From the human T2T-CHM13v2.0 reference genome, Homo sapiens: DNA of 64,000 bases. The DNA lies in NCBI RefSeq assembly GCF_009914755.1, contig NC_060930.1; one strand, 5' to 3'. Below the pieces are notes generated by a model. The model searched no databases. It had not been told where the DNA came from and saw nothing but the letters and a program-made list of their open reading frames with translations. Below, in pieces: positions 39,934-53,689 of this stretch. Made by a program: the position numbers and the translations under genes. The first letter of the stretch is position 1, and each line of letters starts with the position of its first letter.

Positions 39934-41218
39934 AAGAAAGAAAGAAAAGAAAAGAAAAAAATACTATCTTCAGAGTGAACAGGCAACCTGCAGAACGGGA
40001 GAAAATCTTTGCAATCTACCCATCTGACAAAGGGCTAATATCCAGAATCTACAAAGAACTTATACAAATTTACAAGAAAAAATCAAACAACCCTATCAAA
40101 AAGTGGGTGAAGGATACGAACAGACACTTCTCAAAGGAAGACGTTTATGCAGCCAACAGACATGTGAAAAAATGCTCATTACCACTGGTCATCAGATAAA
40201 TGCAAATCAAAACCATAATGAGATACCATCTCACACCAGTTAGAATCACAATCATTAACAAGTCAGAAAACAACAGATGTTGGAGAGGATGTGAAGAAAT
40301 AGGAATGCTTTTACACTGTTGGTGGGAGTGTAAATTTGTTCAACCATTGTGGAAGACAGTGCAAAGTTTCCTCAAGGATCTAGAACTAGAAATACTATTT
40401 GACCCAGTGATCCCATTACTGGGTATATACCCAAGGGATTATAAATCATGCATACTATAAAGACACATGCACATGTATGTTTATTGCATCACTATTCACA
40501 ATAGCAAAAACTTGGAACCAACCCAAATGTCCATCAGTGATAGACTGGATTAAGAAATTGTGGCACATATACACCATGGAATACTATGCAGCCATAACAA
40601 AAGATGAGTTCATGTCCTTTGCAGGGACATGGATGAAGCTGGAAACCATCATTCTAAGCAAACTATCACAAGGACAGAAAACCAAACACTGCATGCTCTC
40701 ACTCATAGATGGGAGTTGAACCACAAGAACACATGGACAGTGCAGGGAACATCACACACCAAGACCTGTCGTGGGGTGGGGTGCTGGGGGAGGGATATCT
40801 TTAAGAGAATACCTAATGTAAATGACGAGTTAATGGGTGCAGCAAACCAACATGGTACATGTATACCTATGTATCAAACCTGCTCATTGTGCACATGTAC
40901 CTTAGAACTTAAGGTATAAAAAAAAGTATGATGCATGTGGAGGTAATACAAGTTGGGACAAACAAGAGACTCTCTAGCAAAAGAAAAAAATAATTCAAAC
41001 AAAATAATATCAGAAATGTGATGTTCATAAGAAACTTTGAAGAGCTTGAAATATATCACTGAGATCTAAAAAGTAATTCATATATGTAGGGCTATGTACA
41101 TGATGAGGAAAGACTTGAGAAGGCAACGGGCTTTCAGATATGACCATGAGCTTCTGAACAAGTAGTCAGTGAAAGTTAATGAAGAGTCCTAAAGTGCTGG
41201 AGCATGAAAGAATGCCCC

Positions 41219-41219
<1 letters not shown>

Positions 41220-41271
<52 letters not shown>
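41220..41271. repeat. (CA)n microsatellite, about 25 units
   Basis: Directly visible. Confidence 0.97.
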
Positions 41272-41273
<2 letters not shown>

Positions 41274-42204
41274 CTAGACATCTTTTGGAAGATTTGGGGA
41301 GGCTTATTGACTTAAGATATTTAAGAAAATTTTTGTTCAATAATGATTTAACCACTAAGCTAACACTTGTCAAGCAAAAAATTTCATGGTTTCATATTGA
41401 AAAAAGATTACAGAATTACTCCAAAAAGTCAATAAAAAAGCAATAGCCAAATCAACAACAAACTCCCATGAACAAAATCTAGTGGGGAAAGCGAGTTGGA
41501 TTTTTATATAGACCTCATTATATTAGAAATTAGATTAGATATAATATCTAGTTATCAAGCAACAGTTGATAACCAACAGTTATGAAATATGCAAAGAAAT
41601 AAGAAAGTATAACTAATACCTAAAGAATAAAAGCAGTAAATACAAAACATTGTTGAAGAAACCCCCAAGATTTTGGACTTTTTAGTAAAAAGATTTTAAT
41701 TGATAATTACAAAGTTTTTTTAAAAATCCAAGGAAACCACCTATAAGTAATGAAAATATGAAAATGACTTCTCATCAAGTACACAACATCAAAATGGAGA
41801 GAATTACATATAAAAAGTAAAAATATAAATGCTGGAGTATCTTCAAAATGATAAAGGCCATTAACCAAAAAAATTCTGCTGCTAATATATCACATTTAAT
41901 CATAAAATATGAAAAGTTTTTCCCTAAAATCAGAAAAAAAGACAAATAACGTCCACCCTTCTAATTTCTACAGCACTGTAGTGAAAATTATAGACAAGGC
42001 AAATATTCAAGAAAAATAAATTAAAGGTATCCAGATTAGGAATAGTGAATACACACACAAAAGCTGCATATCTACAAATAACAATGAAAATTCTGAAAAT
42101 GAATTTAAGAAAACATTTTCATTTTTATAATCAAATAGAATAAAATATGTAGAATCTTTTAGAGTAAAAATATTAAAGATTTGTACACAAACTATTCAAG
42201 TTTG

Positions 42205-43262
42205 AATATTAATGACAAGCCATTAATAACCAGAATATATAAGGAGGTCAAACAACTCAATAGCAATTAATTAGAATCATCATCACCATCCAATTTAAAA
42301 AGTATAAATGATCCGAATAGACATAGCTCAAAAGAAGGCATACGAATGGCCAAAAAGTATGTGAAAAAATGTTCAACATCACTAATTATCAGGGAAATGC
42401 AAATTAAAACTACAAAGAATATTATATTATTCCTATTAAAAAGTATTTTGTCCACAAGACAAAAAATAATGGATGTTAATTAGGATGCAGAGAAAAGAGA
42501 ATGCTTGTATACTGTGAGAAAGTAAATTAGTACAGGCGATATGGAAAGCAATACGGAGATTCCTCTAAAAGCTAGAAATAGAATTACCATATAATCTGGC
42601 AATCCCACTGCTGGATATGAATGCAAAATAAAGAAAATCAGCATATCGAAGACATATCTGCATTTCCATCTATTGTAGCCCTGTTCACAATAGCTAAAAT
42701 ATAGAATCAACTTAATTATCCATCAGTGCATGAATGGACAAAAAAAAAGGTGGTACATATATACAGTAGAATGCTATTCAGCCATAAAAAAAGAATAAAA
42801 TCCTGACATTTGCAACAGTATAAATGGAATTGGAGAACACTGTTAACTGAAATAAGCCAAGGCCAGACAGGTAAATATTGCATGTTTTCACTCAGATGTG
42901 GGAGTTAAAAAAATTTATCTCATGAAAGTGGAAAGTAGAATGATGGTTACCAGAGTATCAGAAGGGTAATGGGAGGCAGTGAGGGGAAGAGAGGATGGTT
43001 ACTGGGTACCAAAAATAAGTTAGTAGAAATAAGACCTAGTGTTCAGTAGCACCGTGGTGTGATTATAGTTAACGATAATTTATTGTATATTTCAAAAAGA
43101 ACTAGAGGAGTAGATTGGGAATGCTCCAGATATAAAGAAATAATGTGTTTGAGGTGATGGATATCCTACTTGCCCTGATTTGATCAGAACACACCATATT
43201 CTTGTATCAAAATAACACATGTATCCCATAAAAGTGTACAACTAATATGTACGTAAAACATT
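42205..43262 (+). mobile_element. L1MA (MA2-5-like) 3' end
   Basis: ttaataaccagaatatataaggag...gaggtgatggatatcc...ccctgatttgatc...cacatgtatcccataaa. Confidence 0.85.
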
Positions 43263-43269
43263 TTTTAAA

Positions 43270-43787
43270 AGAACAGCAATTCCACTACTGGGTATATACC
43301 CAAAGGAATATAAATCATTCTGTTATAAAGACACATGCATGTGAACGTTCATTGCAGCACTATACACAATGGCAAACACATGGAATCAACATAAATGCCT
43401 ATCAATAATTGACTGGATAAAGAAAATGCAGTACATATACACCATGAAATACCATGCACCCATAAACAAGAATGAAATCATGTCCTTAGCAGGAGCTTGG
43501 ATGGGGCTGGAGGCCATGATTCTTAGCAACCAAAGGAACAGAAAACCAAATACTGCATGTTCTCACTTATAAGTGGGAGCTAAATGATGAGAACACATGG
43601 ACACAGAGAGAGAAACAATACACACTGGAACCTTTCGGAGGGTGAGGATCAGGAAAAATAAATAATGGGTACTAGCATTAATACCTAGAAAGGAAACAAT
43701 CTGTACAGCAAACTCCCATGACACAAGTCTACCTATGTAACAAACCTGCACTTGCACTTCTGAACTTAAAAGTTATATTTAAAAAAG
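43270..43787 (+). mobile_element. Older L1PA (PA11-15-like) 3' end
   Basis: cagcaattccactactgggtatatacccaaagg...ggatcaggaaaaata...catgacacaagt...aacttaaaagtt. Confidence 0.85.
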
Positions 43788-45979
43788 CACATAATGCTTC
43801 TATAAAGAGGCATGCTTTAGATTGAGCTTTTAAACACATGTATTTAAATCCATCATAATAAGGACTAATGCAAAAAGAAAATAAACATGTTGTATTAAAT
43901 GAAAAAAAAGGGCTACAAGACATAATGGGAAGTAATTTAAGAAAACCAGAATAAGCGGAAAAACATCCTTTGTTTGTGGATAGAGACTTAACTTTGTTAA
44001 GATGGCAATGCCAATACTTCTCAGAATTATCCACAGATTAAACACAATCCCTATCAAAATCCCAATGACTTCTTTGCAGACCTGGCAAGCTGTTACTAAA
44101 AGACTTATATAAATGTAAGGGGCCTAGTATACCCAAAGTAATCTGATCCTAAAGGACATATAGATGCCTAGTATACCCAAAGCAATCTTAGACAAATAAA
44201 TTTGGAGAGGCCATACTTGTCAGTTTCAAAACACACAACAAAGTTGCAGTAATCAGGACAGTGAGGCACTGGCACAAGAGTCAACATAGACATCAATAAT
44301 GTATTTAAGAGTTTATAGCTAAATGCTTATATTTATTATATTAATAATTCATTTTTGACTAGATACCAAGAAAATTTGATGGAGAACGGGGTAGTCATTT
44401 TAATAAATGGCACTAGAATATGGGGTTATCCACATGCAAGTCAAAGAAGTTGTATTCTTACCCCATACCATATAGAAAATTATCTCTGAATGGGTCATAT
44501 ACCTAAACATAGAAACAAAAACTGTAAAACTGTAAGAATAAAATTAAGTAAATCTTTGTAATACTGGATTAGGTAGTGGCTTATTTTACATAGTATCAAA
44601 AGTATAAGCAATAAAAGAAAAAAATGGACACAATTAACTTTATCAAAATTAAAAACGTTTGTGCTTCAGGTGTGCTACCAGGAAAGTGAAACAACCCACT
44701 GAATGGGAAAATATTTGCAAAATGTATTGCCACCTAACATAAAATTACAATTCAGCTTTAACAATTTTAAAAATGGAATTTTAATAGACATTTAATCAAT
44801 GAAAATATATAAATGTTCAATAAGCACATGAAGAGATCTTTACTTTTGTCTTATTACTCATTAGTGAAATACAAATTAAAGGTGCAATGTTATACTACCT
44901 TGCACTCACTAGTATGTTTAAAAGTAAAAAGATTGATACCAAGAACTACTGGTAAGGTTGTAGAAAATTTGGAACCCTCATATATTGCTGATGGGATCAT
45001 AAAATGATGCACCTGCTTTGGAAAACAATTTGGCAGGTTCTCAAATGGTTAAACATAGAGTTACCAAACAACCCATCACTTTCACTCTTATGCATATATC
45101 CAAGACAAATGAAAATATATGTCCCCATAAAAAATGTATACATGACTATTTATAGCAGAATTATTATTAATAACAAAATACAAAAACAACCAAAGTGTCT
45201 ACAACATGGGTGAACCTCGAACACATTAGGCTTAGTACAAAGACTCTACCATAAAATGATACATACATATCATATAGTTTTATTTATGGGAGATATCCAG
45301 AATAGGAAAATCCATAGAGATAGAAAGTAGGTTATTGGCTGCCTGAGGTTGGGAGAGAAAATGGAGAGTGACTACTGATGGGTACAAAGGTTTTTTTGGA
45401 TGATAAATTGTTCTAAAATTAGATAGTAGTGATGATCATCCAACTTGGTAAACATATATAAAATCGCTGAATTATAGACTTTGAAAGAGTGAATTTTATG
45501 ATGTGTGAATTATATCTTGATAAAGTTGTTATTTTCTAAAAGTAGAAAAAAGGAGAAGCATTTATCTGAATGATGACAAGAATGGAAGAATAGCTGTGCA
45601 GTTTGGATTGCTGCTGTTTTACTGTGCTCTCACAAATTCCAAATACAAATGTTGGTGAGACTTGTTGCATAATGGATTAAGGATATCCTGTGTATAAATA
45701 ATTTCCTGTGATTCATAATTTCTAACTGAATTTGTCAAGTGGGAGGCTTTAGCAAGTATTGGAAAGAAAGAAGAATGTAGAAATCAATACATCTATTTTC
45801 CTACTTTTCTATCTTAAATGTCATTTCTTCGAGTAAGCCAGATTGCCACCCCTCAGTGATGGACAGATGTATTGTACTTAACCTGCCATTAGGTAGTTGG
45901 ATATTCTTTCTGAGTAATGGCGCCATGTTGAGTGTTTAGCTTACTGTTGGCTTCTGCTCATTCTGGGCATTCAGTAGAA

Positions 45980-46790
45980 GGATAATCATATGAGCATACC
46001 ATGTACCCAATGATGCAGAAGAAGCTGGCCTAATGGAATTTGACAGGCCAGCTGAAGGGTCAGTCACAGTGCCAAATGGCAAACAATACCCAGTGAGACT
46101 GGTAATTTTTTCTTCAATTTTTTTTCATTAATTAAAAATCGAAGATACTGTTTTTACCATAGGCGGGATTACATAGATAAGAGAACGAAGATATAAATGT
46201 TAAAATGACCCATCCTACCATTATACCAAATAATGTACTTGGAGATTTTTGGTTTCTTGTCTCTGCAACTTTGGTCTGCAATTCTGCAGGTTTTAGTTTT
46301 CAAACAAGAATGTTTCTATCAGGGAAACAATAGCAATCTTATTAAAAGAAGTAGATTTGATACTTTTTTGGGGATATTTTGGTATTCTTGAGCCTTTATA
46401 TTCGAATACTCTTCCGGTCATGATAGATATAGGTATAGATATAGAGATAGACATAGATGGAGATGGACATGTATTATCAAGGAAAGTTTTAGTTGCCACT
46501 ATACAGTACTTGGAAGTAAGACAGTGTTTGGAGCTCAGGCGATTTCTTGTACCTCTTCATGAGTTCATGTCCTACATTAAAGATCACTGAAATATTTGAG
46601 TAATGTAATAAATGTAGTACTACTAATATGTCAGATGTTTTAAGAATAAAGTTGTACTATCAGGTAAAATAACAAAATAAATAAGAGCTAATATTCCAAC
46701 TGAAGACAACAGAAAAATGATATAGGTGGTTAAACAGGAAACAATAAATGCAAATCTGTGTTCTGTTTCAAAAATGAGTTCTGTAGCAGC
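45980..46790 (+). mobile_element. ERVL-class internal remnant (integrase region)
   Basis: taccatgtacccaat...gaagctggcctaatggaa...cagtgccaa...aacaataccc resembles ERVL IN YHVP..PEAAGL.E. Confidence 0.5.
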
Positions 46791-47094
46791 AATATATACA
46801 TTTCTTTTCCCCTTTTCCTTTCCTCCACTACTTTGAATGAAGAGTATTGATTAGGTTGATTTAACATTTAGTTCATAGGTCATCGATATATCATGAGCAG
46901 CCACAGCAGATGGTTATTTCACCTGGAAAAATTAAACTCTAAATGGATATGTCTTTGAGATACTTCCTGGGTAGAAGGAAAGAGACCATTTCTTTATTCA
47001 AGTGGAGATGTCTCATATTAGGCAGAAATATGAAGGCTTTTTTTTTGAGTCAAACCTGCCAAAAAATTAAAATGCACACAAGGTAGAACAAGAG

Positions 47095-47590
47095 GTGTAG
47101 AGTGCCTTTCCTGAACCTGCATGGCCAAGAATTTTTTCTTTGCCAATCGTGTGTCATAGTCTTTACTGCAGCTAGGCTGACTGCAATAGCGATATTTCCC
47201 AGGTGGCCTCAACAGCTGACTTCCAGCTAGATTTTACTCATGGGAAGAACCAACGGAAGAATGGAATGCAATATTTTCCCCTGTATATGTGGGCAGCATC
47301 TGTGTCAGTGACTGAATCTCCTCCATAAAACTAGCTCTCACCAGACTCCCAACCTTACAGTTTCTGCTGAGTAATGCCAGCCATTGTGCTCCAATTCTAA
47401 TAGCCCTTCCCACTGGCTTTCCTTCCTAGCTTTAGAGGTGGTTATATGTTGTTAATTTCTGAGTTGTCTTACTGTTTCCTGCTCAGATCCTAAGGTCTCT
47501 TATAAGTTGTATATGCAAAATGCCTCTGGTAAAATTTCCTTAAATATTAAATGTATCTCTCTTTTTTAATTAGATATTATCCATATGGTA
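47095..47590 (+). mobile_element. LTR33-like ERVL LTR (degenerate)
   Basis: gctgacttccagctagatttt..catgggaag; ctagctttagaggtggt...gttaatttctgagttgtcttactgtttcctg. Confidence 0.45.
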
Positions 47591-48068
47591 CCCCTTATAT
47601 CCCATATACCTAGTAAAAACACTTGATGCACAAATTTTAATTATTTATAAAATGACACGTATGTGACCAAGATATTATTCACTTATAAAATCTACATTAA
47701 AGTAGATATATTAAAATTGCCTTACAATAATGGAGCTAGTGTAAGATTTATACTTTTCATGTTTTTTTGAGAAAAAAATATGCTGTGAATCAGGCAGGCT
47801 TTTAAATGCAGATTAAAATAAGCAGTATTCAAGTCTCCACGAATATTGTCTTTTGGAATCTCATGTAGATTTTTCAAATCTGCAATCCTAATACTTGTCA
47901 TGCAAATGATTTGTGATCTGGAACTGGCCACCTCTTCAATCAGTCATTTAGTGATGAAATTACAGCCTCTGTACCCTTTTGTCCTTTCTACTACTTCCGT
48001 GGACCTCAACAAAGTATATATCGATATGCAGTATAATTTGAATTGGAACATGCTTTTGTGGGGAGCTA

Positions 48069-48494
<426 letters not shown>

Positions 48495-49533
48495 TTAATA
48501 TACATTAAATAAGACTTGCTTCTTTCTTTCAATTTTCCAGTTATTTGGATTGCATGCATTTGTGAATGTGACCTTTTCTGATGTTTTTCAAATTCTGAAG
48601 TCATGCTCTTGGTTGAGGTTAAAAAAAGTGCATTTGTTTTCTTTAATAATATAAAATTATTCCTGATGCAATTTTTTATTTCCATGACTGGTACCTCATA
48701 ATGGAGGGAATGATTAAAATTTATTTTAAGAAATGGCTTTGAACTCAAGTTCATGTCATAGACTTTCATAATCAGAAGCCATAAATAGATTTGCAAAATG
48801 CCATTGTATCTCTTAACAAATAACAACCAATTCTACTCACAGCTGAATTCCACAATGATTTAGATGATTCTGTTTATTTCAGCTAGTCTTTAAGATATAT
48901 GTCATTACTCAAGCTTCATCCTCAGTGCTATGAAGTAAAGTAAAATGATGTCATTTTGCTTATCTTAGTTAATAATGTCCTCGCTTCCCAAATCATTATA
49001 ACAAGGAATAAACATGAAAAACGTTATATCTGAAAAATCTTTTTGGCATTTATTTCTGAATTATTCTCCCTTTGGAGCTCCATATTCCTTGTTGTTTTAT
49101 TCACCATAACCTCTAAACCATTTTCTACCAAATATCTGGCCCTATCTAGTAAAGGTACTCCGTTGTGTACTGAATTCCCTTCTCTCTGCATCAATATGGT
49201 TGCTGATTATATATCTATATATTTAACTAGCTTTATCATTACAGGGAAATAAAAAAAAATGCCTTAGGTGTTATTAAACAGCATTTGCTCAAGCAAGGTT
49301 CACATATAAAAATTTGTGCAAATAAGTATGTACTCAGTACTACAAAACTCTAAATGTATTCTAGGTAAGCTATTCTGGTATTTGGTATTAGAGTTTAAAA
49401 TTGAAAGCTAGCTGAAAACATCACAGAGACATTTTATTATAAATTATAACATGTTTCTATAGGATAAATTTCAGTCAATTATATTTAATTGTTGGAACTA
49501 CAGTATCATCAAATCAGAATCTAACACCTTTGT

Positions 49534-49634
49534 TGCTGAAATTCAGCAGAGGCAGAAAGGCCTGGCTGTGAATTTTGAAACTTCTGCTGAAATTCAGCAG
49601 AGGCAGAAAGGCCTGGCTGTGAATTTTGAAACTT
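49534..49634. repeat. Perfect 51-bp-period tandem duplication
   Basis: tgctgaaattcagcagaggcagaaaggcctggctgtgaattttgaaactt at 49534 and 49585. Confidence 0.97.
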
Positions 49635-50359
49635 ATGCTTCTTTTATATCATGGATTCTGTCATCTGAGTTATACTTCCACTCAAATCCTGTCCTTGTTC
49701 AAACATTCTGGTATTAGAAAATGGAAAAAGTAAATCAGATGAAATGGGATACAGTGTCCATATAAATCTAAAAACTTAGAACAGGATAAATTACTGTTAA
49801 TTTAAGGCAGAATATTTTTCCTCAAATATAAATGCAATTATGCAATAATTATTGGAATGAATTAGAAATTCATATCTTTAAAGTTAAAATGATGCATAAC
49901 TTTACTATTCTAAATCAATAAAGCATAACTTGTGTAAATCATTGCTAATATATGCCTAAATTATGCAAATTAATAGGTTTAAAATTAATTTAATACATTA
50001 TACAAATTAATAGATTTAAAATTAATTTAATACAAATCAGTATTAAATTAATATTACTCAATAACTACTAAAATAAATAATTAGTCTGACCAAATAAAAT
50101 GGTGATGCAATTAGGAAGATGTTTTACAAAGAATAAAAATACCAATTTGATTTTGGGTGATCAGAAATAAAAATTTATTCAGGATATAGCTTTTTTTCCT
50201 GCTATAGAGAACCCTCTTATTCTCTAGATTTACATCAAATTGTCAAAAATAAGGAAATTCACAAATGCATAGAAATTAACACATTTTATATGTGTATTAA
50301 ACTGTGCTAAATCTTCCATGTATTACAATTAGGTATTATTTACAAGAATACCTCATTCA

Positions 50360-50655
<296 letters not shown>

Positions 50656-50801
50656 AAGAATACTTCATTTAGGATAATTGCAAAAAAAGTTAAGCACACT
50701 TGACGAAATAAGAGGAAAATACTAGGGTAGGTGTAGGTAATACATTCTTTAATTTAAAAAGATTATATATACATATGATATATATACATATTTATATTTA
50801 T

Positions 50802-50938
50802 ATGAAGACAAAGATAGCGGCTTGAACATCCATTACTGTGATCCTGCCTTAATGTCTATAAATAAGATGACTTTTAATACATTGAGTCTGTGTTGAGTTT
50901 TACTTTTCATGGTCACATAGTTCATATATATATATATG

Positions 50939-50969
<31 letters not shown>

Positions 50970-51533
50970 TTCATATATATATATATACACATACACACAC
51001 ACACACACATATGGCTTTGACCTGTGAAATATACACTATTCAAGATAGTGAAAAATTAGTGGAATATCTGCTCTGAAAACTTGCTTTAATGTAGGGGAAC
51101 CAGGCAATAACAAAATAAAAATATAAATATATAATATGTCCTGTAGTTACATGTGTTATGAATAAAATAAAACAGACTGTGGAGAGTAGAGAACACTGGG
51201 GCCCAGAAGAGGAGTTGCTATTTTATGGTAGAGGAAAGCTCTCTTTAAATGTCAACAGGAAGCTAAAGTAAATGAAGAACCACACTATGTGGATAACCAG
51301 GATAAGAATACTCCAGTCAGAAAGGGTAGCAAATTCGTAAGTTCTGAAATTGGAGATTACTTAGAGTTGCAATAAACACCATGGAGGCCATTACGGGCCT
51401 ATCACAATAAATGAAGAGAAAGATAGTGGCTTGAACATCAATTATTGTGATCCTGCCTTAATGTCTATAAACAAGATGACTGTTAATACATTGAGCCTGT
51501 GTTGAGCTTTGCTTTATATGATCACATAGTTCA
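50802..51533. repeat. Dispersed 123-bp direct repeat (50802-50924 and 51411-51533)
   Basis: Ungapped alignment with 12 mismatches, counted by eye. Confidence 0.93.
51030..51420 (-). mobile_element. L2 fragment
   Basis: ggggaaccaggcaataac...gtgttatgaataaaataaaacag...aagaatactccagtcagaaagggtagcaaat, a typical L2 body. Confidence 0.6.
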
Positions 51534-53689
51534 GGATGTATATCTTCATTGGGAGCATCTATCATATCAACTTGCTGTCCATTGATCTTGAAAGATGAAG
51601 CATTGTTTTTGGGTGTCTAATTTTGTTTTGAAGTTGATTAAACAAATTAGCAAAATTTTGGTAAATAATTCTAATAGAAAAAATATAATTTAAAAATAAT
51701 TTTAAAAGGATAAAAGAATAAAGCATATGCATATAACTTTATATTGAGAGATGAAATAGGAATACAAACTCAATTACATATCATTGGTGGTAGCACAAAT
51801 GTTTATTATGTATTTAGAATTGTTTATCATTTAACATCAATTATAAAATGGCAGTTTACAGTCATCAACAAATCTTGTTTATTAACTAGGAAAAGCTATA
51901 TTTTATTACAAATGAAAAAATAACAAATAAATATAAAGTAATTTTAATATTTTTCATTCTATTTTGATGACTCTGTAACAGGACTTAACTCTAGATTTAT
52001 AATGCATGTTTGAAAGGAATAGAATATATCACAGATCAATATTTTGCTTTCTTTGAACTATTCTTTCATACGATCTGGAAGGAATTAATTAAAACATATT
52101 ATTGCTTATGTGTACATACACATAAGCAGACAAACACTCTTAATCAACCTAGAAGCTGTATGGGATAATGGAAAGAATATAGGTCTGTGGTTAGGCTTAT
52201 CTTTAACTCCTGTCTCCAGCAGTAAAATGTATACATGCTCTGGGAATTTGCTTAATTTGAACACTGTTTGAAGAATGGGGATATTAAATATTTATGACAA
52301 TACCCCTCATGAAAAGATGATTTAAATATTAGTCATAACACATATAAAATAAGCATATACACTTTTAATTAACATTAGTAGTATTTTTATTGTGTACTTT
52401 TTATGCCATATTAAATAAGTCACATACATAGTCAAATACAAGGTAAACAAATGCAAAGCATGTAATCAAAACCCTGTAGGGAAACCTCATCATCTCTGAA
52501 TATTATGGAAGTAATTTCTGTCATGTTTTATTAGTTTTATAGACAATGATTTAGAGGATTTCTTGGTTTTCTTATTACTGAATATTAAAGGATAAGAAAT
52601 GTAGCATATTCTTTGATTCCATGTTGAACAGATTCTTCAGCACTATCGTGTCAAAAATTGTTCAATAGGTGATAAATGGACAAATAAATTCAAATAGCAA
52701 TAAACAAATCTGGATAAGTTCACCTGAGATATATGTCAAATATCCCTAAAGTAACATTAAATGCTTAACTTATGCAATACACATCATTGTCACCTAAATA
52801 TTAAAATCATTTATTTTCTCTTTTTTCCATTCTACTTAGTGGGAAGTGGCTAGCAATATAACAAATGTCTCAAACTTAGAGCTCTACTTTGATTGTTCTA
52901 AATCATTTTATAAATTCAGTTTTAAATACACTGAGGCCAAAAAAGAGCAATAAATATGCTTGAGTTTTTGAAATAAAAAATAAAAAGCTTTTTTTTGAGT
53001 TACTGCCATGTTGCATACCATAACAATGTATTAGTAATTAATTCAATTTATATAACATGTTTTTCTAATGATCTTTCTTACATATTATTAAATGTTTATT
53101 TTATATTTAAATTATTTCAAGGTGAGGAAAACTAAACAGGAATTAAAAGACTGCTCTCTCAATCTCAAGAGCAAATTAACAGTATATTATTAGTTTGCTT
53201 TTTGGAATAAATAGCAGATTTGAAAATTGTTTTTAAGTTTTCTTATACTCTCTGACACTATCTTTTGCTCTTTCTTTTAATCTCCTTGCACACACACACA
53301 CCACACACACATTACACATGCACACACTACATACACATACAATTTTGGTTACTAAGCCCTGAACAACTATGAATAGTTTGTGTTCTCTGTGGTAATCAAC
53401 GGTCTCTGGTGATCTGAAAGTTGGGATACATGTATGAATAAGATACCAGGTGGCAAATACTACACTAAGTATTTAGCATGTGCTTAGAGTGAAATTCACC
53501 ATTTAAAGTAATGGTGTCTGCCTTAAAAAGGATCATATAAAACATCAGGAAACATTATTTATTGCTCATTACTTTTTTCTGTAAAATGAATTATGATAAA
53601 TTCTTTAAAAGTCAGTGATATGTGTTATGTACTTTTGCATACTTTTGTACTTAGAACTGTATCTTTTTCAAAGTAGTAGCAAAAATACA

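Larger units (their letters stand above)
35949..40925. mobile_element. L1PA6/7-like LINE-1 with a twin-priming 5' inversion (inverted arm 35949-39588, minus; 3' arm 39589-40925, plus)
   Basis: ORF2 fragments on the minus strand (36584-37120, 35818-36441, 39286-39789) and plus strand (39589 onward); the arms abut at gatctttg|(a)caaacctgac; TSD aaaaatgtgatgc (35936-35948) and aaaagtatgatgc (40922-40934). Confidence 0.93.
29700..45540 (+). mobile_element. Fragmented old L1M (L1M4-type 5' region, L1MB-type 3' end) hosting the nested cluster
   Basis: L1M 5' sequence continues across the inserts (to 30118, then 35888-35948, then 40935-42190); ORF2 and 3'UTR at 43930-45540 (aaatccatagagatagaaagtagg...gtgaattatatcttgataaag). 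Confidence 0.6.

Noticed and set aside
35818-40719. ORFs of 80-207 aa with RT-like or L1 sequence, including 39467-40027 across the inversion junction
   Set aside because: Broken L1 ORF2 fragments in a truncated, inverted copy with no promoter or ORF1; not functional CDS.
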